DNA of 63,541 nucleotides, the filler included, from Schmidtea nova (Eukaryota): NCBI GenBank assembly GCA_044892505.1. It is 4 parts of one record of this genome, joined end to end, with 100 filler letters (N's around TTAATTAATTAA, not from the genome) between each part and the next. Parts side by side here need not be neighbours in the genome. Positions count along the whole stretch, not along the records: positions 1 to 20,213 come from CM097882.1; 3 more parts are not named here. One strand, written 5' to 3'. This document shows positions 11,040 to 20,211 of the stretch, in pieces. The notes below the pieces were generated by a model. That model was not told where the DNA came from and made no database searches. It worked only from the letters and a program-made list of their open reading frames with translations. How positions within the stretch are numbered: the first letter of the stretch is position 1; each line of letters starts with the position of its first letter. The position numbers were made by a program, and so were the translations under genes.

Positions 11040-12060
11040 AAATATTATGAGTAAAAATTATAAAATTAAAATATTATGAGTAAAAATAAATATTTCAAAT
11101 AAGAGATTATTACCTATTAAGTTAATGATTAATATATTTTTATAACAAAAAAAAATAATATTTTTATTTTGATAAATATTTAAAATAATAGTTAATTGTT
11201 AAAAATAAACATTTACCTATTATTTTAAATATAATCAAAAGTTTTATATATATTATTTTTAAAACCTAATCATAAAAATAATATTACTTTTATATCATTA
11301 TAAAATCATCATTAAAATATTAAAAATTGTTCATCATTATAATATATTCGTCATAAAAAAAAAAATTTGAGCATAATAATATCATCTTCGTCATAAAAAA
11401 AAAAAATTGAGCGTAATAATATCATCTTCATCATAAGAAAAAATTGAACATCATCATATCATCTTCTTCATAAGAAAAAATTGAACATCATCATATAATC
11501 TTTTTTTTGTCATAAAAATTTCAACATCATATTTTTTATTCATAAAAATAATCTTATATATATATTAAAAATAATAAAAAAATATTATCATAAATATTAT
11601 CATAAATATATAAAAAATAATATCATTAATTTCATATAAATTCAACATTATTTCATCATAAAAAATTTGAGCATTATTATATCATCTTCATCAAAAGAAA
11701 AAATTGAACATCTTCATATAATATTTTTTTTCATCATAAAAATTTCAAAATCATATTTTTTTCTTCATAAAAAAAAAATTTATCTTTTTCTTCATAATAA
11801 ACATTTCTTTTCATTTCAAATTCATAATATCATAATTTTTCTTCATAATAAAAATATATCTTTTTTATTTTCATTTCAAATTCATAATATCATATTTTTT
11901 CTTCATAATAAACATTTATTTTCTTTTCATTTGAACATGTTAATATCATCTATATTTTTTATCTTTCTTCATAAAAATAATTTTTACTTTATCATAAAAA
12001 ATTAATTAATTTATTTAAAAATATTCCCATAGGAATTAATTAAAAATAATAAAAATATTA
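11040..12060. repeat. Extremely AT-rich block of short degenerate repeats (tcataaaaa, atcatcttc, ttcttcataa)
   Basis: Direct reading; lies in the predicted third pPolB intron. Confidence 0.6.
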
Positions 12061-12099
12061 TTATTATTATTATATAAAAAAATAAAAATAACAAATTAC

Positions 12100-12449
12100 A
12101 TTTTTTTGATTTATTCGAACTCGACATATTCAAATGTCCATCGTTACTCGGGACATCGTTACTCGGGACATCAAAATTCAGGACATCATCATCATCATCA
12201 TTAATCGAGGTATCAATATCAACAACATTTTCTGTAATTTGAATAATAAAGAAAATAATAATTTAAATAATATTAATTTTACCATTTAATCTGGTTTGAT
12301 TTGGGATTCTGAACGATGGTCCGGCCATATTGTTAGATAAATTAACACCTAAAAAAGAAGATAAATATAATTAAATAAAAAATAATAAATTTACTATTGA
12401 GGCCTCCTGCGATCCGTTTTGATAAATTTAAATTATTCATATTGTTCAT
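12100..12449 (-). CDS. Three predicted leader exons of pPolB: 12449-12395, 12348-12283, 12231-12100
   Basis: GT-AG introns of 46 and 51 nt. All junctions are phase 1, and the donor at 12099 is in frame with the acceptor at 10988 (joined CDS 4485 nt, 1494 aa). Confidence 0.6.
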
Positions 12450-12529
12450 TTTTCTTTTTTAAATTAGATAAAATAATTTGAAATAGTTTTTAAAATTTGT
12501 GAGTAAAAAGTGACGAAATAATTCAAGTA

Positions 12530-12720
12530 TATACTATATAAAGGTGAATTTTATTAACCGACCAATCAGAATCGAGATAGGATAGGCAAATACATGCACA
12601 CATACTGCACACATAATATACCTTTGTTTATGTGTGTTTGACGTCACGATATTGCTTTGTATCGTGACAAAGACATGACATGTGCTTATCACGCATTGAT
12701 CACGCACTAGTCATGCCTTT
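12530..12720 (-). promoter_or_regulatory. Putative pPolB promoter: TATA-like TATATAG, NF-Y box GACCAATCAG, CRE TGACGTCA
   Basis: CCAAT at 12562-12566, TGACGTCA at 12639-12646, CTTTGTT at 12622; lies 80-270 nt upstream of the predicted ATG. Confidence 0.5.
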
Positions 12721-12804
12721 GTGATGAAAATAATAATATTTATAATTAATAATAATAAAATTAATTAATAAAAAATAATAATTAATAAAAATAATAAAAT
12801 ACAT

Positions 12805-13206
12805 TTATTGTTTTAAATAATCGACAACAGCTGACAAGCATCCTTTATAGGCACACATGCAATGATCTTTATAGGGACATGAAATGTTTTCAGGAACATA
12901 TTCAACATCTTTATAATTATATTTAATTAATCGTAATTTGGGGAAATACTTCTTCAAAACATGCATCTTTTCATGATCTGTTACATAGAAAATAGCTCCT
13001 TTATCCGTGATATCATCCATTATACATTTTGGGCAAAAATAATCTTGTCCTTCAAACGATTCTATACGATCAGGCCATAAAGATAAATCACTGTATATAT
13101 AATACTGAGGTGTGAATATATTATTGACATTCATAATACATAATTCCTTAATTGTTGTTCCACCCATTTCATTATATCCATAAAAATCGATAAAATAACA
13201 AGACAT
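12805..13206 (-). CDS. Small DEDD/DnaQ-like Polinton protein, probably degenerate
   Basis: YFIDFYGY...IKELCI N-terminus and CPYKDHCMCAYK C-terminus; lacks the ExoI Glu. AATAAA overlaps the stop. Confidence 0.55.
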   Translation of the reverse strand: MSCYFIDFYGYNEMGGTTIKELCIMNVNNIFTPQYYIYSDLSLWPDRIESFEGQDYFCPKCIMDDITDKGAIFYVTDHEKMHVLKKYFPKLRLIKYNYKDVEYVPENISCPYKDHCMCAYKGCLSAVVDYLKQ

Positions 13207-13238
13207 TTTTTCAAATAAAATATATTAAAATAAATTGT

Positions 13239-13616
13239 TTATAACATTGATTTTAACCATGCAAGGCAATGTTCACCACAAGTGATTGTTAAAGGATGCT
13301 GATATCGAATTCTATTATACACAATAGGTTTACCAATAGTTTGAAGTTTTCGAACAAGTAAATTCGGATAATAATATCCAAAGGGATCAAATACATGTAT
13401 TCGATCTGGTTTCACATAAACTGCAATCCAATGTTCACCGCCCAACGTAGATGTCTGAGTATTTACAATGATGGCTTGATTCATTTTCAAATAAGGTATT
13501 TTATCCAGAGGAAATACTCCAATAAATTGATTTCCCAATAGTTTTTTACCTTGATGTAATACCTGAATAGAACTAATTAAAAATAAATAACTAATCAAAT
13601 AAAAATCTTACTCCAT
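13239..13616 (-). CDS. Adenain-like cysteine maturation protease, join(13616-13612,13572-13239), 112 aa
   Basis: GEHW, FDPFG, RYQ, TCGEHC catalytic motifs; a 39-nt GTAAGA..TTAG intron gives MDSIQVLHQG. Confidence 0.92.
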
Positions 13617-13687
13617 GATGATAATAATAATAATAATAATAACTTTGGTCATTTATACTGTTTAAACCAATAATGTTTGAACAGAGC

Positions 13688-14908
13688 TCAAACTAATATT
13701 GTTCGATTGGCAGTAATTTGTACTTCATTTTCAAAAACTCCATATATAATTACATGAACCGGTTCATCAATGGGTTTTGCAAACTTTATATCGAGTCGTA
13801 AATTCCCGTTTTGAGGGATTTGGCTTTGATTCAAATCGAAATCGGGAGCGAGCACAAATGTAAAGAATGGATATTTACTTTTAAATTCATCCAGACTTAT
13901 ACCACAATTCAAGTTTTTATCCAAATATCCTAGATTTCGGACAAGACTTTGCATATATGTGGCACTAAAATTATCATTTTCAAAATCTTGAGTATAAGTT
14001 TCTCGAAAATCAGTATTTTTCGATAACGATAATGAAGTCACATTGAAATGTTTGAATGTAGATGCAGATTCAGCATATGATCCATTATATTGATTTTCAG
14101 TTTGAAAAGCCACAAGAATGAAATTAGGCATTCTTCTATCTCCAAATATTTGCTCCTTGTAAAATGACGATGCCCCTTTACCGATTGCAAACGATACGAT
14201 TTCTTTGGATTTTAATGGATAAATTGCATGTTTACTATTTAAACCAATTTGATGACCGGCCAAAACTGAAGATTCACATCGAACTCTTCTTACCATTAAT
14301 TTTGCATCAACTATTTGGATTATAGGTTTCCCAGCTGCAGATTTCAATGATAATGAAGATTCAGATCTCTTCAATCTAATATGTACATTAACTCCGGGAA
14401 GTAAGTATTTTGGTTGATCCATAAAATCGAGTTGTAATGATGAACACATGTTGAAAAGTTTAGATCCCTTGATCCATTTTTTCCGATCGTCAGATGAACC
14501 ATATCCCATTGGAGTAAGACATGTTTCTTTTGTATCGCTAGTATAATTTAAAACAGTTTCGATTATGGCCTTGTGTGCATATGTATTGTTTCCACCCTCG
14601 ATTTTTATATTATTAAATCCAAGAATCGCATCTTTGAAAAGAGTATGAAATAGGTAATTATTAGGCACTACATCACTCGCATCAACTAATTTATTTTTAT
14701 CTTTATCTAGAACCTTGACAGTAACGGATAATAAAGTATCGTTCAAATCCAAATATTCGGTTGCCGATCCATTAATGTAAAATTCAACATCATTTCTACT
14801 ATCTGTAATAGAATTCATTGGAAAAACATCTTCAAACACCCCATATTCAATAACTGCTTGAGGTGATGGTCGATCAAAAAGACATAATTCAGATTTACCG
14901 CAAATCAT
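13688..14908 (-). CDS. Major capsid protein (double jelly-roll, hexon-like), 406 aa
   Basis: CGKSELCLF..P..Q start, VEFYI..S.TEYLDL, and C-terminal LRLDIKFAKP...VIIYG typical of group-2 Polinton MCP. Confidence 0.9.
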   Translation of the reverse strand: MICGKSELCLFDRPSPQAVIEYGVFEDVFPMNSITDSRNDVEFYINGSATEYLDLNDTLLSVTVKVLDKDKNKLVDASDVVPNNYLFHTLFKDAILGFNNIKIEGGNNTYAHKAIIETVLNYTSDTKETCLTPMGYGSSDDRKKWIKGSKLFNMCSSLQLDFMDQPKYLLPGVNVHIRLKRSESSLSLKSAAGKPIIQIVDAKLMVRRVRCESSVLAGHQIGLNSKHAIYPLKSKEIVSFAIGKGASSFYKEQIFGDRRMPNFILVAFQTENQYNGSYAESASTFKHFNVTSLSLSKNTDFRETYTQDFENDNFSATYMQSLVRNLGYLDKNLNCGISLDEFKSKYPFFTFVLAPDFDLNQSQIPQNGNLRLDIKFAKPIDEPVHVIIYGVFENEVQITANRTILV

Positions 14909-15270
14909 TCTTCAAATATAGTTCCATGACCTTTCATTCGTTTGTTTATACGTTTTCTAATCTTTTTACGTCTTGGTCCTACCGGTTCAGGTTGCGGTTC
15001 GTTTTTGGAAAACATATTTGAAATTGACGGTATCGCCTTGGATACAGCCTCCATAGCATTCGTTTTCAATGTAGGTAAAATTTTCTGATCTTTCATTATA
15101 ACGTCTTTAGCAGTTTTCATTCCAAAACTGCCCAGTCGCTTAAGTAGTGGAAGTGCAAATCTTCCAATAGTTTTCAACCAACCTGATCCATACTGTTTAC
15201 CTATAAAATACGGTAATTCGCCACCAGTTTGGCTATTACTGTACAATGAAATTATATCGGGATTACTCAT
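14905..15270 (-). CDS. Conserved Polinton core / membrane-active protein, 121 aa
   Basis: QTGG, KQYGSG, amphipathic WLKTIGRFALPLLKRLG helix and basic tail; sits between mCP and MCP. Confidence 0.75.
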   Translation of the reverse strand: MSNPDIISLYSNSQTGGELPYFIGKQYGSGWLKTIGRFALPLLKRLGSFGMKTAKDVIMKDQKILPTLKTNAMEAVSKAIPSISNMFSKNEPQPEPVGPRRKKIRKRINKRMKGHGTIFEE

Positions 15271-16288
15271 GATGTTTTCGAAAATGTAGAGTCAAATGAG
15301 TTTTTGAATTTTTTGGAAAGTTTATTAAATTACCTCTATCATCTCGGATATTTATTTCTATATTGTTTATACAGGATGTTGAAACAGATAAATACATTGG
15401 ATTTTCAACTTGTATTTGAACAACCTCATCCTGTTCATATTTTTCAATCCATACAGATTTCAACATGGGAACTAATGAATCACCGACAATTATAGGATTG
15501 ACTATATTACTGTAAATGAACATTTGCTGATGAAGTTTAATTATTTTTGGTTTATATATTCCAACAATGAAGCTTCCGTCTTGAGCATATGTAGCTTTCG
15601 CTAATCCCAATGTTTTTACAAGGTTATTGTCAAAAGTTATTTCGCTAACATCTGCATTCAAACTGAATTTGAAGTAACTATCATCTACCAATTCCAGAGA
15701 TTTAAAAATACTTGCACAATTTAGAATAAAATATGATTGCATTTCATCCAGTTTCGATATGTATAAATTATCGGTAAATGTATGTATAAATACAGAATCA
15801 GCCTTGTACTCCATCTTTATTCTAATTTTTTCCGTTAATGGACCATCTATACCATAATATGGTAACGGTATCTTGTATGTATCTGTAGGACTTACAATAC
15901 TCTGTTTCGTTAATCCCATTCTTTTTGCCATTGCCAAAGTATCAAAAGTTATAGTGAAGGGAAAATTATCACAGGTAAAATAAATAGAATGTCTATCGCT
16001 ACTGATTTGAGCAATATCATCGGCAGGATTAGATATATCAACTTCACAAAATTGATTGTTGATAATCAAATTTTTATATTTTGTATGTATAGTTTTCTTT
16101 TTGTACCGAATTTCTGATTTACTGTAAAATGGAAATGGATTATACACAAATGTAAAGTCTAAGAGAGCGACTTCCCAAATCCCGTCCAAATACATTGGAT
16201 TTTGGAGATTGACCATGAAATTACTGGAAGTATTATCTGGATGTATATCTGGACAACTGTTGCTAGGTAGAATCATATAAAAATTCAT
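15263..16288 (-). CDS. Minor capsid protein (penton-like); likely start MNFYMILPSN at 16288
   Basis: FYMILPSNS...WEVAL, MFIYSNIV..IIVGD, IEINIRDDRG..INF...LTLHFRK. Confidence 0.9.
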   Translation of the reverse strand: MNFYMILPSNSCPDIHPDNTSSNFMVNLQNPMYLDGIWEVALLDFTFVYNPFPFYSKSEIRYKKKTIHTKYKNLIINNQFCEVDISNPADDIAQISSDRHSIYFTCDNFPFTITFDTLAMAKRMGLTKQSIVSPTDTYKIPLPYYGIDGPLTEKIRIKMEYKADSVFIHTFTDNLYISKLDEMQSYFILNCASIFKSLELVDDSYFKFSLNADVSEITFDNNLVKTLGLAKATYAQDGSFIVGIYKPKIIKLHQQMFIYSNIVNPIIVGDSLVPMLKSVWIEKYEQDEVVQIQVENPMYLSVSTSCINNIEINIRDDRGNLINFPKNSKTHLTLHFRKHHE

Positions 16289-17331
16289 TTTACTAGGTTT
16301 TTTGATGATATCCATGATGGTTCTTTATATCCGTGCCACTTTACATAGTATTGTTTATCCTTACCCACCATTTTAGATTTCAGGATTTTTTGAATTCTAA
16401 ATATTGTCGGTGGAGGAATAACTTGTAATTCTTGTTCGTAGAATTTCCCACTGATTATATTGTTATCAGAGTCACAAATAGTATACATGACAGGATTCTG
16501 CACTGTGTTGACTTTCGATATTTGATATACCTCATCACTCCAATTATTATCAAAATTTTTAATGAATGGCGATGCACTAATCTTGCTAATTCGAACATGA
16601 TCACCAATTTTATATTTTGGTTTCTTTACTTTTACTTCACTCACAATATTTTCAGTATCAACTACTTCTGCCGGTTTCCTGCCATTTATACCCCGATGAG
16701 CACTATGATTATAACTATGAATCAATTGAGGTAAAACATTAATCCAGGTTTTATTGCCTTTAAAAACAAAGTATTTTTTCAATCGATCACGCAAAGTTCG
16801 ATTAAATCTCTCGACATGAGCGGCTTTGAATTGCGAGAATACCGAATAATGATTTATTCCCTTGATAACTTCCTTGACTTTACTGTTGTAAAATTCCTTT
16901 CCTAAAAAATATTAAAAATGTATAAATTTAAATTTAAATTTACCCAAATCGGTTTGTAAATTAGTTGGCCGATCCTTTTTCATCATTGTCTTGATAGCGA
17001 TTGCCATGTCATTAGCTGATTTAGATTTTACTCCAATTGCTCGAGCAAATCTACTGTAAACATCAATACATGTTAAAATATACTTGTACCCCTTGTTAAT
17101 AGCGGAATACGGAATCATTTCCATCAAATCCATTTGCCACAAATCATTGATTCTATATGTTTTATATGCTCGAGTTGGAAACCGTTTCAACATCGGTTTG
17201 TTTAGACTGTATGCAAGTTGCCCCGATAACCAACTTTGTGTCTGTTGTTTCGACTTCTGTGCTTTTTTCCTTAGCTTTTCGACTCCACCGAAACCGGCGT
17301 CGTCTTTTGGGTTCGTCCAGATCTTCTCCAT
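16285..17331 (-). CDS. Retroviral-like DDE integrase with C-terminal chromodomain, join(17331-16944,16901-16285), 334 aa
   Basis: WQMDL, QTDLG|KEF restored by a 42-nt GT-AG intron, VERFNRT, chromodomain YYVKWHGY...SWI. Confidence 0.95.
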
Positions 17332-17386
17332 TACAACAAGAAGATTTAAAGTTTAAATTTAAATTAGGTAATGATTGACCCATTGT

Positions 17387-17932
17387 TTATGACCTTTGTC
17401 CCAATAAACCAGCACCTCCCAATAATGATAAAGCTAGTGGTAATAATGCGGCAATAAATCCTTCTTGTTGTTTATATATTATTTTTCGCATAAGTTTTCG
17501 ATTTTTTGTTTTTACTAGCGACAACAATGGTTTCTTATGCTTGTTCAAAACACGTCGATTAGATGGACTGAGATGCATTTTACCTCGTACTACTTTAATT
17601 AAAATAGTGAGTAAATCATCGATAACGTAATTAGGAAACGATTGAAGAATACCCATTCTTCTAGCGGATGGGGCTTTAAGCAATGCATTAAAAAACGGAA
17701 AACTCCGATGATGTACTTGTTTAGTATTTGATTTCAAATTAATTGGAATTTGATTTTGTTTGGGAAAATTATCCATAATTAGTTTTTTCGATGGTGTATA
17801 ACTTGTTTTTGAAACTGATTTTAAAACGGATTTCTTTGTCGATTTCTTTCTTCGACCTGCTTTCTTACCTATTTTCATTGATTTTCGAGCTTTTATCAAT
17901 CGTTCAAACTTTACTCGAGATTTCATTAACAT
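17387..17932 (-). CDS. Basic core protein with an adenovirus pX-like hydrophobic C-terminus
   Basis: Lys/Arg-rich N-terminus; ends QQEGFIAALLPLALSLLGGAG (compare adenoviral pX GG.LP.LIP). Confidence 0.7.
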   Translation of the reverse strand: MLMKSRVKFERLIKARKSMKIGKKAGRRKKSTKKSVLKSVSKTSYTPSKKLIMDNFPKQNQIPINLKSNTKQVHHRSFPFFNALLKAPSARRMGILQSFPNYVIDDLLTILIKVVRGKMHLSPSNRRVLNKHKKPLLSLVKTKNRKLMRKIIYKQQEGFIAALLPLALSLLGGAGLLGQRS

Positions 17933-17952
17933 TATTATTACTGTAAATCAAT

Positions 17953-18576
17953 TTAACTTTGTTTATAAACCATGGCTCCTTCCTTGTTAAAAATATCAGT
18001 TCTAACCCTTAAATCATCACTGCATTGTTGAGTAAAATCCAAGAAAATATATCCATGAGGAGATTTTGTAGCATCCTGAAAGGCTTCAATCAAAAAGTTA
18101 CGATTTGAAGGATAAGCTTGTCTTGCCAGAAAATCAATAACTGTTGCATCTCTAGGATTTTTAAAAACAACAAGATATTGAACATTTAAATTACGAGTTC
18201 GATGACTACCGCCCTGATGAAATAAATTCTGAGTTATAAAAATAACAGTAACACCTTTATGTCTACTGATTTTCGTAAATAAATTATTAAAATCCTTTTC
18301 TTTATTTGCTTCTTGATACAAGTCGTCAATGATAATCACATCACCTTGTTTTAATCTAGATGACCAGTTTTTATCGAAACCTTTTATGATTGTCATTTTT
18401 ATTTTACAAAACTGATCTTGTGTCATTCCACTTTCGTCGTCAGCACCCCTATGCCAATAAATATTATTAAATTTTGACTTGAATAATTTCGATTGCAATA
18501 ATTTACAAACAAATAAAGTTTTTCCACTCCCGCTCGGACCAACAATTTGAAACACTGCATCATTTCTTAATTCCAT
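17953..18576 (-). CDS. FtsK/A32-like genome packaging ATPase
   Basis: Walker A GPSGSGKT, Walker B IIIDDL, RHKGVTVIFITQN. Confidence 0.95.
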   Translation of the reverse strand: MELRNDAVFQIVGPSGSGKTLFVCKLLQSKLFKSKFNNIYWHRGADDESGMTQDQFCKIKMTIIKGFDKNWSSRLKQGDVIIIDDLYQEANKEKDFNNLFTKISRHKGVTVIFITQNLFHQGGSHRTRNLNVQYLVVFKNPRDATVIDFLARQAYPSNRNFLIEAFQDATKSPHGYIFLDFTQQCSDDLRVRTDIFNKEGAMVYKQS

Positions 18577-18664
18577 ATTTAAAAATTATATTTTCTTAAT
18601 ATTATTGTTTATATTTGTTTTAAATACCTGTTCTCAAAGTAATCATTTAAAAATATTTTCAGTA

Positions 18665-19132
18665 ATGATTAGAAACATTAATTACAAAGGTAAGACAGAT
18701 GTATCACATATGAAATTTCCAAATGGAAAACCCCAGCAAATTGTTGATCGAAGTGGGAAATACCCAATAATATACTTTAAATCAGGAAGATATAGAATAA
18801 TGGGATGCAGGGAATTTATTAGTGACGAACAAGTTGAGTTTTACGATTTAAAGATACAATCGATAACTGTAACTGCAGATTTAGGATTTATTTGTAATTT
18901 GAATGAATTATCGAAATTAATACCGTGTGTTTACGAGCCAGAATTATTTCCAGCTTTGAGATATATCAAATATAATCCCATGTGTGTAAATATATTTGCA
19001 AGTGGGAAATTAGTCATATTAGGATTAAAAAACAAAGACTATAGTACTATAGTTGATGATATTATTAACGATATAAAATCAATTATAGAAGATAAAGCCT
19101 TTGTTGATTTCATACTAACATGTGACTCATGA
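18665..19132 (+). CDS. TATA-binding-protein (TBP)-like protein, 155 aa
   Basis: KIQSITVTADLG...YEPELFPALRY...VNIFASGKLVILGLK aligns to the TBP C-terminal repeat; degenerate first repeat RNINYKG...YFKSGRYRIMGCR. Confidence 0.85.
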   Translation: MIRNINYKGKTDVSHMKFPNGKPQQIVDRSGKYPIIYFKSGRYRIMGCREFISDEQVEFYDLKIQSITVTADLGFICNLNELSKLIPCVYEPELFPALRYIKYNPMCVNIFASGKLVILGLKNKDYSTIVDDIINDIKSIIEDKAFVDFILTCDS

Positions 19133-19159
19133 CTGCAATATCGATGCATTAGAAATGCA

Positions 19160-19272
19160 CGATTCTGATTGGCTCTGTGTGTATCGTTAGAATAAAGACA
19201 TGTTGTGCATGCTTCATTCTGATTGGTTCATTATGTGTGTTTGATATCATGTGTGTTTCTTTAATATATATA
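19160..19272 (+). promoter_or_regulatory. Putative promoter with two NF-Y boxes and a TATA-like element
   Basis: GATTCTGATTGG at 19161, CATTCTGATTGG at 19215, TAATATATATA at 19262. Confidence 0.5.
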
Positions 19273-19307
19273 CTATGAACAATCTCACATAGTTTATATT
19301 CACAATT

Positions 19308-19952
19308 ATGTCGATGACCCAAACACTAATTAAAAGCCGTAAGGGTTTTAATTTTTAATTTTTCATATTTTATATTATTATTATTTTAGATAAATTAATG
19401 AACGTGATATATCGGAAATTGGAGGAGCTGTTCCCGAACCTGATGCCGGCTCTGGTCTACACGGCTCCTGAGATGTTCCCGTACAAGATTATGGTCTTGA
19501 CGGGAATCGACATCAATCAGATTGTGCTCGATCATATGACGAGCCAGAATACGGATCTCCCAATGGTACCCGAGCACATTATGTGCGCTTATCAATGCGG
19601 GAGCTGCGTGGAAAGAATCCGGCAGTTTAATATCTGGGTTTTGAGGAATTCCCTCAAACTCTATGATGTTCAACAAATGGACAAAATCAATGAGGAGGAG
19701 GAGCAGGATGAACAAGTCAAGGAAACCTGGCCAAACTCTACTCCGGAGCCGATTGATGCCGATGATAATGATGATCAAACAACAGAATTGGAAGCACCAA
19801 CTCTAGATGGTCCATTTCCACCTGAATCTGATGAAACCCATGAATGCATAGAGTCACCACAATCACCAGATTGTGCCGAATGCCATAGACAGCCTGATGG
19901 TGTTGAGGAAGAGGAGGAAGAAGAAGAAGAAGAAAAAGAAGATGAACAATAA
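19308..19952 (+). CDS. Unknown Polinton accessory protein with Cys motifs and acidic tail, join(19308-19338,19390-19952), 197 aa
   Basis: 51-nt GTAAGG..TTTTAG intron in frame; CAYQCGSC, HECIE...DCAECH, poly-Glu tail; visibly more GC-rich than its neighbours. Confidence 0.75.
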
Positions 19953-20170
19953 TTATTAATGTTTAATTAGCTATGTTATTTTTAGTTTAGTTTACTTTAA
20001 TAAAAGTCTTTTTTATTGAATTTAGTTTTCATTTATTTAAATAATATTTTTTTATTAAAACATTTTTATTAGTAGTAATAGTTTTTTTTTTTATTAACCA
20101 TATATAAAAAAGTAAATAGTTTTTTTTTTTTTATAAAATATTAATTAGTATTTTATGTTTTATGTAAGAA

Positions 20171-20211
<41 letters not shown>

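Noticed and set aside
19398-19952. Canonical LxCxE Rb-binding motif
   Set aside because: Only HECIE and PDCAE are present; the Leu is missing
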